In this document: positions 8,767 to 16,290 of the stretch, piece by piece
Layout of the letters: the number at the start of each line of letters is the position of its first letter
Position numbering within the stretch: the stretch's first letter is position 1
Origin: an uncultured Candidatus Saccharibacteria bacterium
GTDB taxonomy: Bacteria; Patescibacteriota; UBA1384; XYA2-FULL-43-10; 1-14-0-10-43-13
Assembly (NCBI GenBank): GCA_964543385.1
Contig: CAZIYE010000001.1
Coordinates: forward strand, 30,001-62,000
DNA: 32,000 bases
Direction of reading: 5' to 3'
The notes under the pieces: model-generated
Seen by the model: the letters and a program-made list of their open reading frames with translations, nothing else
Told to the model about the DNA's origin: nothing
The model's database searches: none
Translations under genes and position numbers: made by a program

Positions 8767-10200
8767 ATGAAAAGAATAATGATAGAGGAAACGGTCAAGA
8801 AAGTGGGCGAAGAGGTAATGGTTGAGGGCTGGGTCCACACTCGTCGCGATCATGGTAAGATTGTTTTCATTGATATGCGAGATAAGTCTGGCATTTTGCA
8901 AGTTGTATTTGTGCCAGGATCGAAAGCCTACGATAAAGTTAAAGATATTAGACCAGAGTGGGTTATCTTATTAACTGGGCTTATAAAGGCCAGACCAGAG
9001 AAAATGATAAATGCCAACATGGTTTCAGGCACCGTAGAGATGGAAGCTGTTGATCTCGATATTTTAAGTGAGGCAAAAACTCCGCCCTTTGAAGTAGACA
9101 AAAATACTAAGTGTGTTGACGAAGAATTAAGATTAAAATACCGCTATCTTGATCTTAGAAGTGAAAGAATGGCTAAAAATATCACTTTGCGCCATGAAGT
9201 GATCAGATTTGTTCGCGAATACTTATGGAAAGAGAATTTCAGAGAGATAGAGACACCATATTTGACTAAATCAACCCCTGAGGGGGCTAGAGAGTTTATA
9301 GTGCCATCTAGAGTATATCCAGGGGAATTCTACGTCCTACCACAAAGCCCACAGCAATTTAAGCAGCTTCTGATGGTTGGCGGAATTGAAAGATATTTTC
9401 AAATTGCCAGATGTTTCCGCGACGAAGACCAAAGAGGTGATAGACAGCCAGAGTTCACCCAACTTGATCTAGAGATGAGTTTTATCGAGCAAGAAGATCT
9501 ATGGAACCTGATCGAACCAATGATGATAGAAATGGTAGAGAAATTAGTTCCAAACGCAAAAATCACTAAAAAACCATTTCCTCGTATAACCTACACAGAA
9601 TCGATGGAAAAATATGGCACTGACAAGCCTGATCTAAGAGAAAATAAAGAAGATCTAAATGAATTTGCATTTACCTGGATTATTGACGCACCACTGTTTA
9701 AATATTCTCAGACAGATAAAAAGCTAGTGTCCAGTCATCATCCATTTACCATGCCACAAGATCAAGACTTGTCATTATTGGAGAAGGAACCTGAAAAAGT
9801 CAGAGCCTATGCCTATGACCTAGCCCTGAATGGCAGTGAAATATTTGGAGGTTCTATTAGAATACATAAACGGGAAATACAGAATAAGATCTTTGATCTG
9901 CTTGGCGTTTCCGCCGAGGAAAAAGAGAGAAGATTCGGCCATATGTTAAACGCATTTGAGTATGGAGCTCCTCCTCATGGCGGAATAGCGGCTGGTATTG
10001 ATAGAATAGTTGCAATAATGGCTGGGGAAGAGGGCATTCGTGAAGTAATGGCATTTCCAAAAACAGGGGACGCAAGAGATGCAATGATGGGTGCTCCAAG
10101 CCAAGTCTCAGAACAACAGCTTAAAGATGTACATATTTGCCTACGTAAAGAGGCAGAGGGCAAAGAGCTCAAAGGTGCTGATACAGTTATAGGAGACTAA
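8767..10200 (+). CDS. aspS: aspartyl-tRNA synthetase, bacterial-type sequence lacking the GAD insertion domain
   Basis: OB-fold N-terminus, LRLKYRYLDLR, QSPQQFKQLLMVGG.ERYFQIARCFRDEDQRGDRQPEFTQLDLEMSF, HHPFTMP, GGSIRIH, GAPPHGGIAAGIDR. 477 aa. Confidence 0.93.
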   Translation: MKRIMIEETVKKVGEEVMVEGWVHTRRDHGKIVFIDMRDKSGILQVVFVPGSKAYDKVKDIRPEWVILLTGLIKARPEKMINANMVSGTVEMEAVDLDILSEAKTPPFEVDKNTKCVDEELRLKYRYLDLRSERMAKNITLRHEVIRFVREYLWKENFREIETPYLTKSTPEGAREFIVPSRVYPGEFYVLPQSPQQFKQLLMVGGIERYFQIARCFRDEDQRGDRQPEFTQLDLEMSFIEQEDLWNLIEPMMIEMVEKLVPNAKITKKPFPRITYTESMEKYGTDKPDLRENKEDLNEFAFTWIIDAPLFKYSQTDKKLVSSHHPFTMPQDQDLSLLEKEPEKVRAYAYDLALNGSEIFGGSIRIHKREIQNKIFDLLGVSAEEKERRFGHMLNAFEYGAPPHGGIAAGIDRIVAIMAGEEGIREVMAFPKTGDARDAMMGAPSQVSEQQLKDVHICLRKEAEGKELKGADTVIGD

Positions 10201-10212
10201 AGATCATTTCGC

Positions 10213-10252
10213 AAAAAAGCCGAATGCCCAGTTGGAGTTACTCGGCTTTTTT
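10213..10252 (+). terminator. probable intrinsic terminator after aspS
   Basis: AAAAAAGCCGA (10213-10223) pairs with TCGGCTTTTTT (10242-10252). The large 18-nt loop lowers confidence. Confidence 0.45.
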
Positions 10253-10279
10253 GTTAGAAAGTATAATCGATATACTGCT

Positions 10280-10308
10280 TTGACAAAGAAGTCATGTTAT
10301 GGTAATAT
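10280..10308 (+). promoter_or_regulatory. sigma70-type promoter for typA
   Basis: TTGACA (10280-10285), exactly 17 nt, TAATAT (10303-10308), about 60 nt upstream of the typA ATG. Confidence 0.5.
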
Positions 10309-10368
10309 AAGTAGGTTATATCTGGGGGATTTTTTTATTTATAAAACCTTAAGTTAGGGAACAAAAAG

Positions 10369-12186
10369 ATGGATATCCGAAATGTTGCAATTATCGCTCA
10401 CGTTGACCATGGCAAGACCACCCTTGTTGACGGTTTTTTAAAACAATCAAAAACGTTTCGTGACAACGAAGCTTATATGGATCAAGATTTGATCATGGAC
10501 TCAAATGATCAGGAACGTGAACGTGGTATTACAATCTTGGCAAAAAATACAGCCATTAATTACAAGGGCACGAAGATCAACATTATCGATACTCCTGGGC
10601 ACGCTGATTTTGGTGGCGAAGTAGAACGTACTCTAAATATGGCAGAAGGAGCAATCCTTGTTATTGACGCTCAGGAAGGCCCAATGCCTCAGACCAAATT
10701 TGTGTTGAAAAAGGCTTTTGAGATAGGGCTAAAGATTATAGTTGTTATTAATAAAATCGATAAACCAAATGCTGATATTCCGAAAACTATCGACAAAACA
10801 TATGATCTTTTTCTTGAGCTAGCACTTGATGACTCCCAATTAGATTTTCCAATATATTATGCTATTGGTCGTGAAGGCAAAGCTTGGGATAATCTTCCTG
10901 AAGACGAAAATCAAGATGCCAATTTAGCACCAATTCTTGATGCCGTGATTCAGTATGTTCCAGCACCAAAGAAAAATGATGAAGAGCCGTTTCAGCTCCT
11001 AGTTTCAGCACTTGCTGATGATAATTTCATCGGTAAATATGCGATCGGCAAAATTAATAGAGGCCAAGTTAAGACAGGTCAGCCAGTCTCCCTTGTAAAT
11101 GAAGAGGGTATCATTGAGAATGGTAGGATCGAAAAGATCTTTCAAAACAATGGCCTTAAGAAGATCGAAGTAAAAGAAGCTTTTTCTGGCGATATAGTCT
11201 CGATTGCGGGACTTAGCAAAGCGACAATTGGTAACACAATCACAGATATTAACTCGCCCGAAGCTCTACCAACTATTCAAATCGAAGAACCAACTTTAAA
11301 TATCTCTGTTTATGCCAATACATCACCTTTTGCTGGACGTGAAGGTAAATTTGTTACTGCCCGCCAGCTTTTAGACCGTATCAAGAAAGAGTTAGAAACA
11401 AATGTTTCTATGAAATTTTCTCATGGCGAAGATGGCAACTACGTTCTATCAGGCCGTGGTGAACTTCATTTATCAGTATTTATCGAGGCTTTACGCCGTG
11501 AAGGATATGAGCTTCAAGTAGGTAGACCAGAGGTTATTACAAAGGATGTTGATGGGGAATTAAGCGAACCAGTTGAAGAATTAACTATTGATGTTCAAAA
11601 CGAATATTCAAGCACAGTTATTGGTGAAGTTAGTCGAAGACGTGGTATTTTGCAAAATCAATGTGAAAATGCCGATGGTACCACCAGACTTATCTTTGAA
11701 ATTACCACTCGCGGTACACTTGGATTGAGAAATACTCTTCTTACGGCTTCTAAAGGTACAGCTATTATGAACTCTTTATTCCTAAGATTTGCGCCAATTG
11801 GATCAGCTATTCCTAAATTAAGAAATGGTGTGCTAATTGCCTTCGAAGCTGGTAAGGCAGTAACTTACGGCCTAAATATTGCCCAACAGCGTGGTATTAC
11901 TTTTATTCCTCCTCAAACTGAAGTTTATCCGGGTATGATAGTAGGATTGAATTCACGCGAAGACGATCTTGAGATCAATGTCACAAAAGAAAAGAAATTG
12001 ACCAATGTTCGTGCTTCAAGTTCAGATATTGCCACCATTCTAACACCGCCAACAATATTTTCCCTTGAGCAATGTATAGATTTTCTCGAAAAAGACGAGC
12101 TCTTAGAAGTTACACCGAAATCTCTACGACTTCGCAAGAAGATACTAGATGCCAATTTGCGTATCAAAGCCCGCAAGAATCAATAG
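10369..12186 (+). CDS. typA: translational GTPase TypA/BipA
   Basis: 605 aa. IRNVAIIAHVDHGKTTLVD (G1), DTPGHADFGGEVER (G3), NKIDK (G4). BipA-type C-terminal domain and length. Confidence 0.95.
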   Translation: MDIRNVAIIAHVDHGKTTLVDGFLKQSKTFRDNEAYMDQDLIMDSNDQERERGITILAKNTAINYKGTKINIIDTPGHADFGGEVERTLNMAEGAILVIDAQEGPMPQTKFVLKKAFEIGLKIIVVINKIDKPNADIPKTIDKTYDLFLELALDDSQLDFPIYYAIGREGKAWDNLPEDENQDANLAPILDAVIQYVPAPKKNDEEPFQLLVSALADDNFIGKYAIGKINRGQVKTGQPVSLVNEEGIIENGRIEKIFQNNGLKKIEVKEAFSGDIVSIAGLSKATIGNTITDINSPEALPTIQIEEPTLNISVYANTSPFAGREGKFVTARQLLDRIKKELETNVSMKFSHGEDGNYVLSGRGELHLSVFIEALRREGYELQVGRPEVITKDVDGELSEPVEELTIDVQNEYSSTVIGEVSRRRGILQNQCENADGTTRLIFEITTRGTLGLRNTLLTASKGTAIMNSLFLRFAPIGSAIPKLRNGVLIAFEAGKAVTYGLNIAQQRGITFIPPQTEVYPGMIVGLNSREDDLEINVTKEKKLTNVRASSSDIATILTPPTIFSLEQCIDFLEKDELLEVTPKSLRLRKKILDANLRIKARKNQ

Positions 12187-12202
12187 CTTGATACTATATT
12201 AT

Positions 12203-12234
12203 AAAAATGAGTAGGTCCCAACCTACTCATTTTT
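12203..12234 (+). terminator. intrinsic terminator after typA
   Basis: Perfect 14-bp stem AAAAATGAGTAGGT (12203-12216) / ACCTACTCATTTTT (12221-12234), 4-nt loop CCCA, T-run. Confidence 0.75.
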
Positions 12235-12323
12235 AGTGTTAACGAAATTGTCCACAATCTTAGCTTTACAAGAACAGTACAGAAGCACAGAATTTAAACA
12301 GCATCCGATTAAGGAGGCATGCC

Positions 12324-12530
12324 ATGAAAAACGAATATGGTTATGACCGCCCAGACCCTCAGCCGGATATTGTAAGGACTGAGGTACCATCCTATCCTCC
12401 ACCCATATGCCCAGAAGGGCATGTGGAATTTATCATCCCACTCGGCACAGGATATAGTTGCGCAAAAGCACTATGTCCGATCCGACCGAATGATATCCAA
12501 GATGGCACATGTTGTGCCTGCACAAAGTAA
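12324..12530 (+). CDS. stand-alone 68-aa Pro- and Cys-rich small protein, unknown function
   Basis: AAGGAGG at 12311-12317 lies 6 nt before the ATG. It has its own downstream terminator and an upstream terminator (typA). Six Cys (ICPEG, YSCAK, LCPI, TCCAC). No signal peptide or TM segment. Visibly GC-richer than its flanks. Confidence 0.55.
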   Translation: MKNEYGYDRPDPQPDIVRTEVPSYPPPICPEGHVEFIIPLGTGYSCAKALCPIRPNDIQDGTCCACTK

Positions 12531-12562
12531 ATGTCGCAGCTTATTTAATGAAACGTTGCAGC

Positions 12563-12599
12563 GGCCGTCCTGATCACTCGGGACGGCCTTTCATTTTCC
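12563..12599 (+). terminator. intrinsic terminator after the small Cys-rich ORF
   Basis: GGCCGTCC(TGA) at 12563-12573 pairs with (TCG)GGACGGCC at 12578-12588, loop TCAC, followed by TTTCATTTT. Confidence 0.65.
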
Positions 12600-12623
12600 C
12601 TTATTCTTGATAGAATATAAGTT

Positions 12624-13349
12624 ATGCAAATACGTTTAAATAAATTTATTTCCGATTCCGGTATAATGTCTCGCCGAAAAGCCGACGAAGCTATTTCAAA
12701 TGGTGAAATATCAGTAAATAACCAGGTAATTTCAGAGCTTGGTATTAAAATTGATCCAGAAAAAGATGCTGTCAAGTTCAATGGACGAAGGGTTAATCAA
12801 AGCACAGAGATCGTTTATTATGCAGTTTACAAACCAAACGGAGTGATTTCTACTGCCCAAGATGAGAAAGGTAGACAAAGCGTTACGGATCTTGTGCCGC
12901 GATTTCCTAGAGTTTATCCAGTTGGTAGACTTGATGCATATTCTGAAGGACTTATGATACTGACTAACGATGGAGATCTAACTCAGAAACTTACTCATCC
13001 TAGTTTCGAACACGAAAAGGAATACGAAGTTACTACTCACATCTCAAACGATGATCTGCGATACAATGTTAATTTGATCGGCCACCTAAAAAAATCCTTT
13101 ATAGAAGGCATGCGGATAGAGGGCAAACTTATGAAAGCAGACAAGATATTTATTAAAGAAAATGATAAATCTCTTGCTTTAGATTTGGTACTGCATACAG
13201 GTTATAACCGCCAAATTAGAAAGATGTGTGCTCAAATTGGCCTAGCCGTCTCCAAGATAAAAAGGATCAGAATAGGTAAGCTGAATCTTCATTCATTGAA
13301 TCTTAAACCAGGTGATTGCAAACAGATCAGTAAGAGTCAAATTATCTAA
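12624..13349 (+). CDS. rluB: RsuA/RluB-family pseudouridine synthase with N-terminal S4 domain
   Basis: S4 domain RLNKFISDSGIMSRRKADEAISNGEISVNN. Catalytic motif YPVGRLDAYSEGLMILTNDGDL, then GYNRQIRKM. Confidence 0.85.
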   Translation: MQIRLNKFISDSGIMSRRKADEAISNGEISVNNQVISELGIKIDPEKDAVKFNGRRVNQSTEIVYYAVYKPNGVISTAQDEKGRQSVTDLVPRFPRVYPVGRLDAYSEGLMILTNDGDLTQKLTHPSFEHEKEYEVTTHISNDDLRYNVNLIGHLKKSFIEGMRIEGKLMKADKIFIKENDKSLALDLVLHTGYNRQIRKMCAQIGLAVSKIKRIRIGKLNLHSLNLKPGDCKQISKSQII

Positions 13350-13351
13350 AT

Positions 13352-14347
13352 ATGATTACCAAACTACTACTCCTAGCTTCCATAGTGCTAAACACAGTAG
13401 GATTAAGGTCTCAAGCTCTTGATATTGATAAAAATCTCATACAAAAAGAGACAAATCCTGGTATTCTAGCAGAAGCATCTCTCAACCTACCATTACCAAA
13501 AATATCGATAAAACCGAAATTAGCGATAAATACACCAAAGCCTACGATCTATACAAAAAGTCACATATTAATTGACGAAGAGTCAGGAACAATATTGTCA
13601 GAAAAAGATAAGGATCTGAAACTGCCAATTGCTTCTACGACAAAAATCATGACGGGGATTATTGTCCTAGAAAAATACGATCTTGACGATGTTCTTACAG
13701 TCTCAAAAGAAGCAGCAAGCCAGATAGGTGTTGATCTGCTAACAGTAAAAGGCGAGAAAATTACTGTCCGCAACTTTCTCAAATGTCTTCTGATAAATTC
13801 TTCAAATCGTGCAGCCTTCGCTCTAGCCGAACACTATAATACTGCAAACGAATCCGGGATAACTAAGTTTGTTTCATTGATGAATCAAAAAGCAAAAGAA
13901 TTAGGTATGGTTAATACCGACTATCACGACCCAGCCGGACTTGATGTAACAGGATATTCAACAGCCTATGATTTAACTCTCGTTACAAAATATGCAATGA
14001 AAAATCCAATCTTCGCGGAAATTGTTAAAACAAAAGAAGAGGAAGTCACTGATGTCTCTGGAAAGATTAGATATCAACTTAGAAACTCAAATAGGCTAGT
14101 GAGAGAGTGGAATTATCCTGGAGCCTTGGGAGTAAAGACCGGCTATATGCCAGAAGCAAGCCACACACTAGTAGCTGCGGTTAGAAGAGACGGTCACACT
14201 CTTATTTCTGTAGTACTCTATACTTTTGTCGATACGGCTCCTGCTTCAGCAGAGGAATCGAAAAAATTATTTGACTGGGGATTTAAATACACCAGATGGG
14301 ACGACGAAATAGAACAAGCAGAAGAAGACATAAACGGAGATATATAA
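13352..14347 (+). CDS. D-alanyl-D-alanine carboxypeptidase (PBP5/S11 family), secreted
   Basis: N-terminal hydrophobic signal. SxxK (ASTTKIMT), SxN (INSSNRAA) and KTG (VKTGY) active-site triad at the expected spacing. Confidence 0.85.
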   Translation: MITKLLLLASIVLNTVGLRSQALDIDKNLIQKETNPGILAEASLNLPLPKISIKPKLAINTPKPTIYTKSHILIDEESGTILSEKDKDLKLPIASTTKIMTGIIVLEKYDLDDVLTVSKEAASQIGVDLLTVKGEKITVRNFLKCLLINSSNRAAFALAEHYNTANESGITKFVSLMNQKAKELGMVNTDYHDPAGLDVTGYSTAYDLTLVTKYAMKNPIFAEIVKTKEEEVTDVSGKIRYQLRNSNRLVREWNYPGALGVKTGYMPEASHTLVAAVRRDGHTLISVVLYTFVDTAPASAEESKKLFDWGFKYTRWDDEIEQAEEDINGDI

Positions 14348-14350
14348 GTT

Positions 14351-15052
14351 CTAGTTTAGCTCTTTCTCAACTTCACCCCAGCGCTCCAGAACTACTGCAG
14401 CAGCATCTATTTGAGCTCTTTGTTTCGACGGGCCAGCACCCTCTCCAACCTTTTTATCTCCGAGAAAAGCGCCGACAATAAAAGTCTTGGAGTGATCTGG
14501 TCCTGACTCAGAAATAACGTTGTAAGTAGGTGTTATACCAAACTGATCTTGAGCCAACTCCTGAAACTTACTCTTAGCATCTTGATAAAGACCTTTCTGA
14601 AGAATATTGTCCAATTTATAGCAAATGTTCTCAAGGATAAAATCCGATGCTTTATCAAAGCCTTGATCAAGATAGATTGCGCCAATAAGAGCCTCAAAGG
14701 CATTAGCTAGAATAATATCGCGAGCTTTTCCAACGTTTTTTGCTTCGCCACGTGAAGTTTTAATCAGGGGATCCATCCCGATTCTTTTCGCTTCATGTGA
14801 CAGTGATTCACCTTTTACCAAGGCGCTTCTCCAGTTTGTCAGCTCTCCCTCAGGACGATCATAGGTATCATAAAGATAACGAGTTACGGCCAATTCTAAG
14901 ACAGCATCACCAAGAAACTCGAGCCGCTCATTGTGTACAAGATTTAATGTTTTATGTTCGTTGAGATACGATCTGTGAATAAATACTGTTTCTAGAAGTG
15001 ATTTATCCTTAAATTGTATCCCAATCTTTTCTACAAATTCCTCTAATGTCAT
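14351..15052 (-). CDS. rnc: ribonuclease III
   Basis: RNase III signature NERLEFLGDAVLEL, EALIGAIYLD, and a C-terminal dsRBD (GPDHSKTF.V......G.G.G.SKQRAQIDAA). Confidence 0.95.
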   Translation of the reverse strand: MTLEEFVEKIGIQFKDKSLLETVFIHRSYLNEHKTLNLVHNERLEFLGDAVLELAVTRYLYDTYDRPEGELTNWRSALVKGESLSHEAKRIGMDPLIKTSRGEAKNVGKARDIILANAFEALIGAIYLDQGFDKASDFILENICYKLDNILQKGLYQDAKSKFQELAQDQFGITPTYNVISESGPDHSKTFIVGAFLGDKKVGEGAGPSKQRAQIDAAAVVLERWGEVEKELN

Positions 15053-15071
15053 TTGTCCTTTCCTAATAATT

Positions 15072-15539
15072 CTACATTTTTATTTTGTGCTTGCCCTCTA
15101 TTTTTTCCTCATATTTTTTATAGATTGTACCAAGTACACCATTTACAAACTTAGATGAACTCTCTCCGCCAAATTCTTTAGATAACTCAACTGCCTCATT
15201 TATTGCTACTTTTGGTGGTACATCTTTGAGATTAAAAAGCTCAAAAACTGCGATACGAAGCACGGTTTTATCAATCAATGAAATTTGATCTATGGGCCAT
15301 TCGGGAGCCGATTCGTCGACGATCTGATCCAGGTCATCCTTAACAAGAGTCACGCCTTCAACTAGGCTGTGAACAAAATCTTTCTCACATTTATTATCAT
15401 ACTCTGTGATATTGCGCTTTTCTATTTCGGAAACGTTAGAATCACTTCTAAAGTCCCATTCGTAGAGAGTTTGCATTGCTATCATACGAGATAAGTGTCT
15501 GTTCATAGATTTCTTTGTTATTTCGGACCTGCCTGCCAT
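15072..15539 (-). CDS. nusB: transcription antitermination factor NusB
   Basis: SRMIAMQTLYEWDF...IDKTVLRIAVFEL....VPPKVAINEAVELSKEFGGESSSKFVNGVLG is the typical NusB sequence. Confidence 0.85.
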   Translation of the reverse strand: MAGRSEITKKSMNRHLSRMIAMQTLYEWDFRSDSNVSEIEKRNITEYDNKCEKDFVHSLVEGVTLVKDDLDQIVDESAPEWPIDQISLIDKTVLRIAVFELFNLKDVPPKVAINEAVELSKEFGGESSSKFVNGVLGTIYKKYEEKIEGKHKIKM

Positions 15540-15581
15540 CCCGTACTTCCGTCTGGGCTCAGCCGAGACCGATGATACGGG
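15540..15581 (-). promoter_or_regulatory. GC-rich nested hairpin abutting the nusB start codon (possible translational or attenuator element)
   Basis: Outer stem 15540-15545 / 15576-15581 (CCCGTA/TACGGG). Inner stem 15551-15558 / 15562-15569 (8 bp with one G.G mismatch). The only SD-like GGAAG (complement of 15546-15550) lies inside the structure. Confidence 0.3.
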
Positions 15582-15629
15582 ATCTTCTGTACTGATCCGA
15601 AATCTGTATAATTATTTTAGATGAGATTA

Positions 15630-15659
15630 AAAAAGAGGCCTAAAATTAGTCCTCTTTTT
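15630..15659 (-). terminator. weak hairpin overlapping the rpmF stop codon
   Basis: AAAAAGAGG / CCTCTTTTT 9-bp arms (15630-15638, 15651-15659). The rpmF stop codon sits in the loop. Only 4 G:C pairs. Confidence 0.35.
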
Positions 15660-15828
15660 GCGCAAGTACTTGAGTATCAGAGTAGGTACCACATTTGTAA
15701 CAAACTTTATGAGGTTCCTTTGGCTCATGACATTTTGGACAATATACAAACGCATTTCGCACAACTTTGTCATGCATTCGACGCATGCCCTGCTTCGAAT
15801 TATTTGTTCGTTTCTTTGGTTCTGCCAT
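15646..15828 (-). CDS. rpmF: 50S ribosomal protein L32
   Basis: MAEPKKRTNNSKQGMRRMH...CPKCHEPKEPHKVCYKCG is the L32 zinc-ribbon. AAGGAA precedes the ATG. Confidence 0.9.
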   Translation of the reverse strand: MAEPKKRTNNSKQGMRRMHDKVVRNAFVYCPKCHEPKEPHKVCYKCGTYSDTQVLAQKED

Positions 15829-15916
15829 TATATTCCTTAAACTTTATAATCTGACGTACTTTTCACTTGGTAAACTAATGTTTATTATTGCATAAACTCT
15901 TTAAAAAATCAACCTC

Positions 15917-15946
15917 TTGCATTGTTTTAGAGTAGAGAGCTAAAAT
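15917..15946 (+). promoter_or_regulatory. possible promoter for the small zinc-finger ORF
   Basis: TTGCAT (15917-15922), 18 nt, TAAAAT (15941-15946). Confidence 0.3.
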
Positions 15947-15981
15947 AAGTTAGACCTAACTAGGTCGGGGAGGGAATGCTA

Positions 15982-16212
15982 ATGGAACAGTGTGGCAAGA
16001 ATGTTCATGCCTGTGCTGAACAAGCGCTTGATAACGGGCACATGTTTAACAACAATGCCAGTTGTCTTGAGTGCGTCAGCACACATATCAGCACCTGTCC
16101 AAAATGCGAAAAGTGGTTGTCCAGCCTTCACCAGGCGATGATCAACCGCGAAATCTCTCACATCCCGGGGCTCTTGAAGCTTCACTCGGCCGTCCAAAAA
16201 CGCGCCGCGTAA
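15982..16212 (+). CDS. 76-aa small protein with ZAS-like HxxxCxxC zinc-finger motif (orphan anti-sigma-like)
   Basis: GGAGG at 15969-15973 is 8 nt from the ATG at 15982 but only 2 nt from the ATG at 15976. Motifs C-11, CLEC, then H-ISTCPKC (HxxxCxxC). A strong hairpin with a T-run lies downstream on the + strand. An antisense ORF of equal length exists, so strand choice rests on the SD, terminator and motif. Confidence 0.45.
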   Translation: MEQCGKNVHACAEQALDNGHMFNNNASCLECVSTHISTCPKCEKWLSSLHQAMINREISHIPGLLKLHSAVQKRAA

Positions 16213-16245
16213 GTGTCTCAACGCTCCAATTGTAGCAACTTCATT

Positions 16246-16290
16246 TACCCCGCAGGACCTGATCTTGCGGGGTAAATATTTTTTATTTTA
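16246..16290. terminator. strong hairpin between the small ORF (+) and leuS (-), T-run on the + side
   Basis: 12-bp stem 16246-16257 / 16263-16274 (core CCCCGCA/TGCGGGG) with a 5-nt loop, then AAATATTTTTTATTTT. Probably terminates both convergent units. Confidence 0.6.

Noticed and set aside
5777-12176. Embedded ORFs within pheS, pheT, aspS and typA (5777..5992-, 5909..6109+, 6080..6484-, 6117..6299-, 7291..7530-, 8005..8346-, 8365..8550-, 8647..8901-, 9857..10099-, 9975..10172-, 11925..12176-).
   Set aside because: Antisense or alternate-frame shadows of well-supported aaRS and GTPase genes, with no independent signals.
12601-12626. Possible leaderless rluB mRNA (TATAAG -10-like box ending 3 nt before the ATG at 12624).
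   Set aside because: There is no convincing -35 element, and the spacing between the -10 box and the ATG is tighter than usual for leaderless starts. Sequence alone cannot support this.
12545-12781. 78-aa minus-strand ORF spanning the terminator and the rluB start.
   Set aside because: It crosses an intrinsic terminator hairpin and the conserved S4 domain of rluB on the other strand, so it is likely spurious.
13561-14481. ORFs 13561..13782- (inside the DD-carboxypeptidase gene) and 14296..14481+ (61 aa, Arg-rich, overlapping the end of the carboxypeptidase gene and antisense to rnc).
   Set aside because: The sequences are low-complexity and sit opposite to, or out of frame with, conserved motifs.
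15621-15854. Two plus-strand ORFs (77 aa and 60 aa) overlapping rpmF.
   Set aside because: The minus-strand frame encodes an unmistakable L32 zinc ribbon. The plus-strand frames are shadows.
15979-16221. 80-aa minus-strand ORF mirroring the ZAS-like ORF.
   Set aside because: It has no SD and no downstream terminator in its direction. The plus-strand frame has GGAGG at correct spacing, a T-run terminator and a coherent HxxxCxxC motif. This is not fully excluded, because GC-rich DNA opens both strands.
12568-16266. Shared heptamer CCTGATC in the loop regions of two GC-rich terminator hairpins (12569-12575 and 16258-16264) as a possible common mobile-element signature.
   Set aside because: Only 7 nt are shared, and the stems and flanks are unrelated. 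This is consistent with chance.
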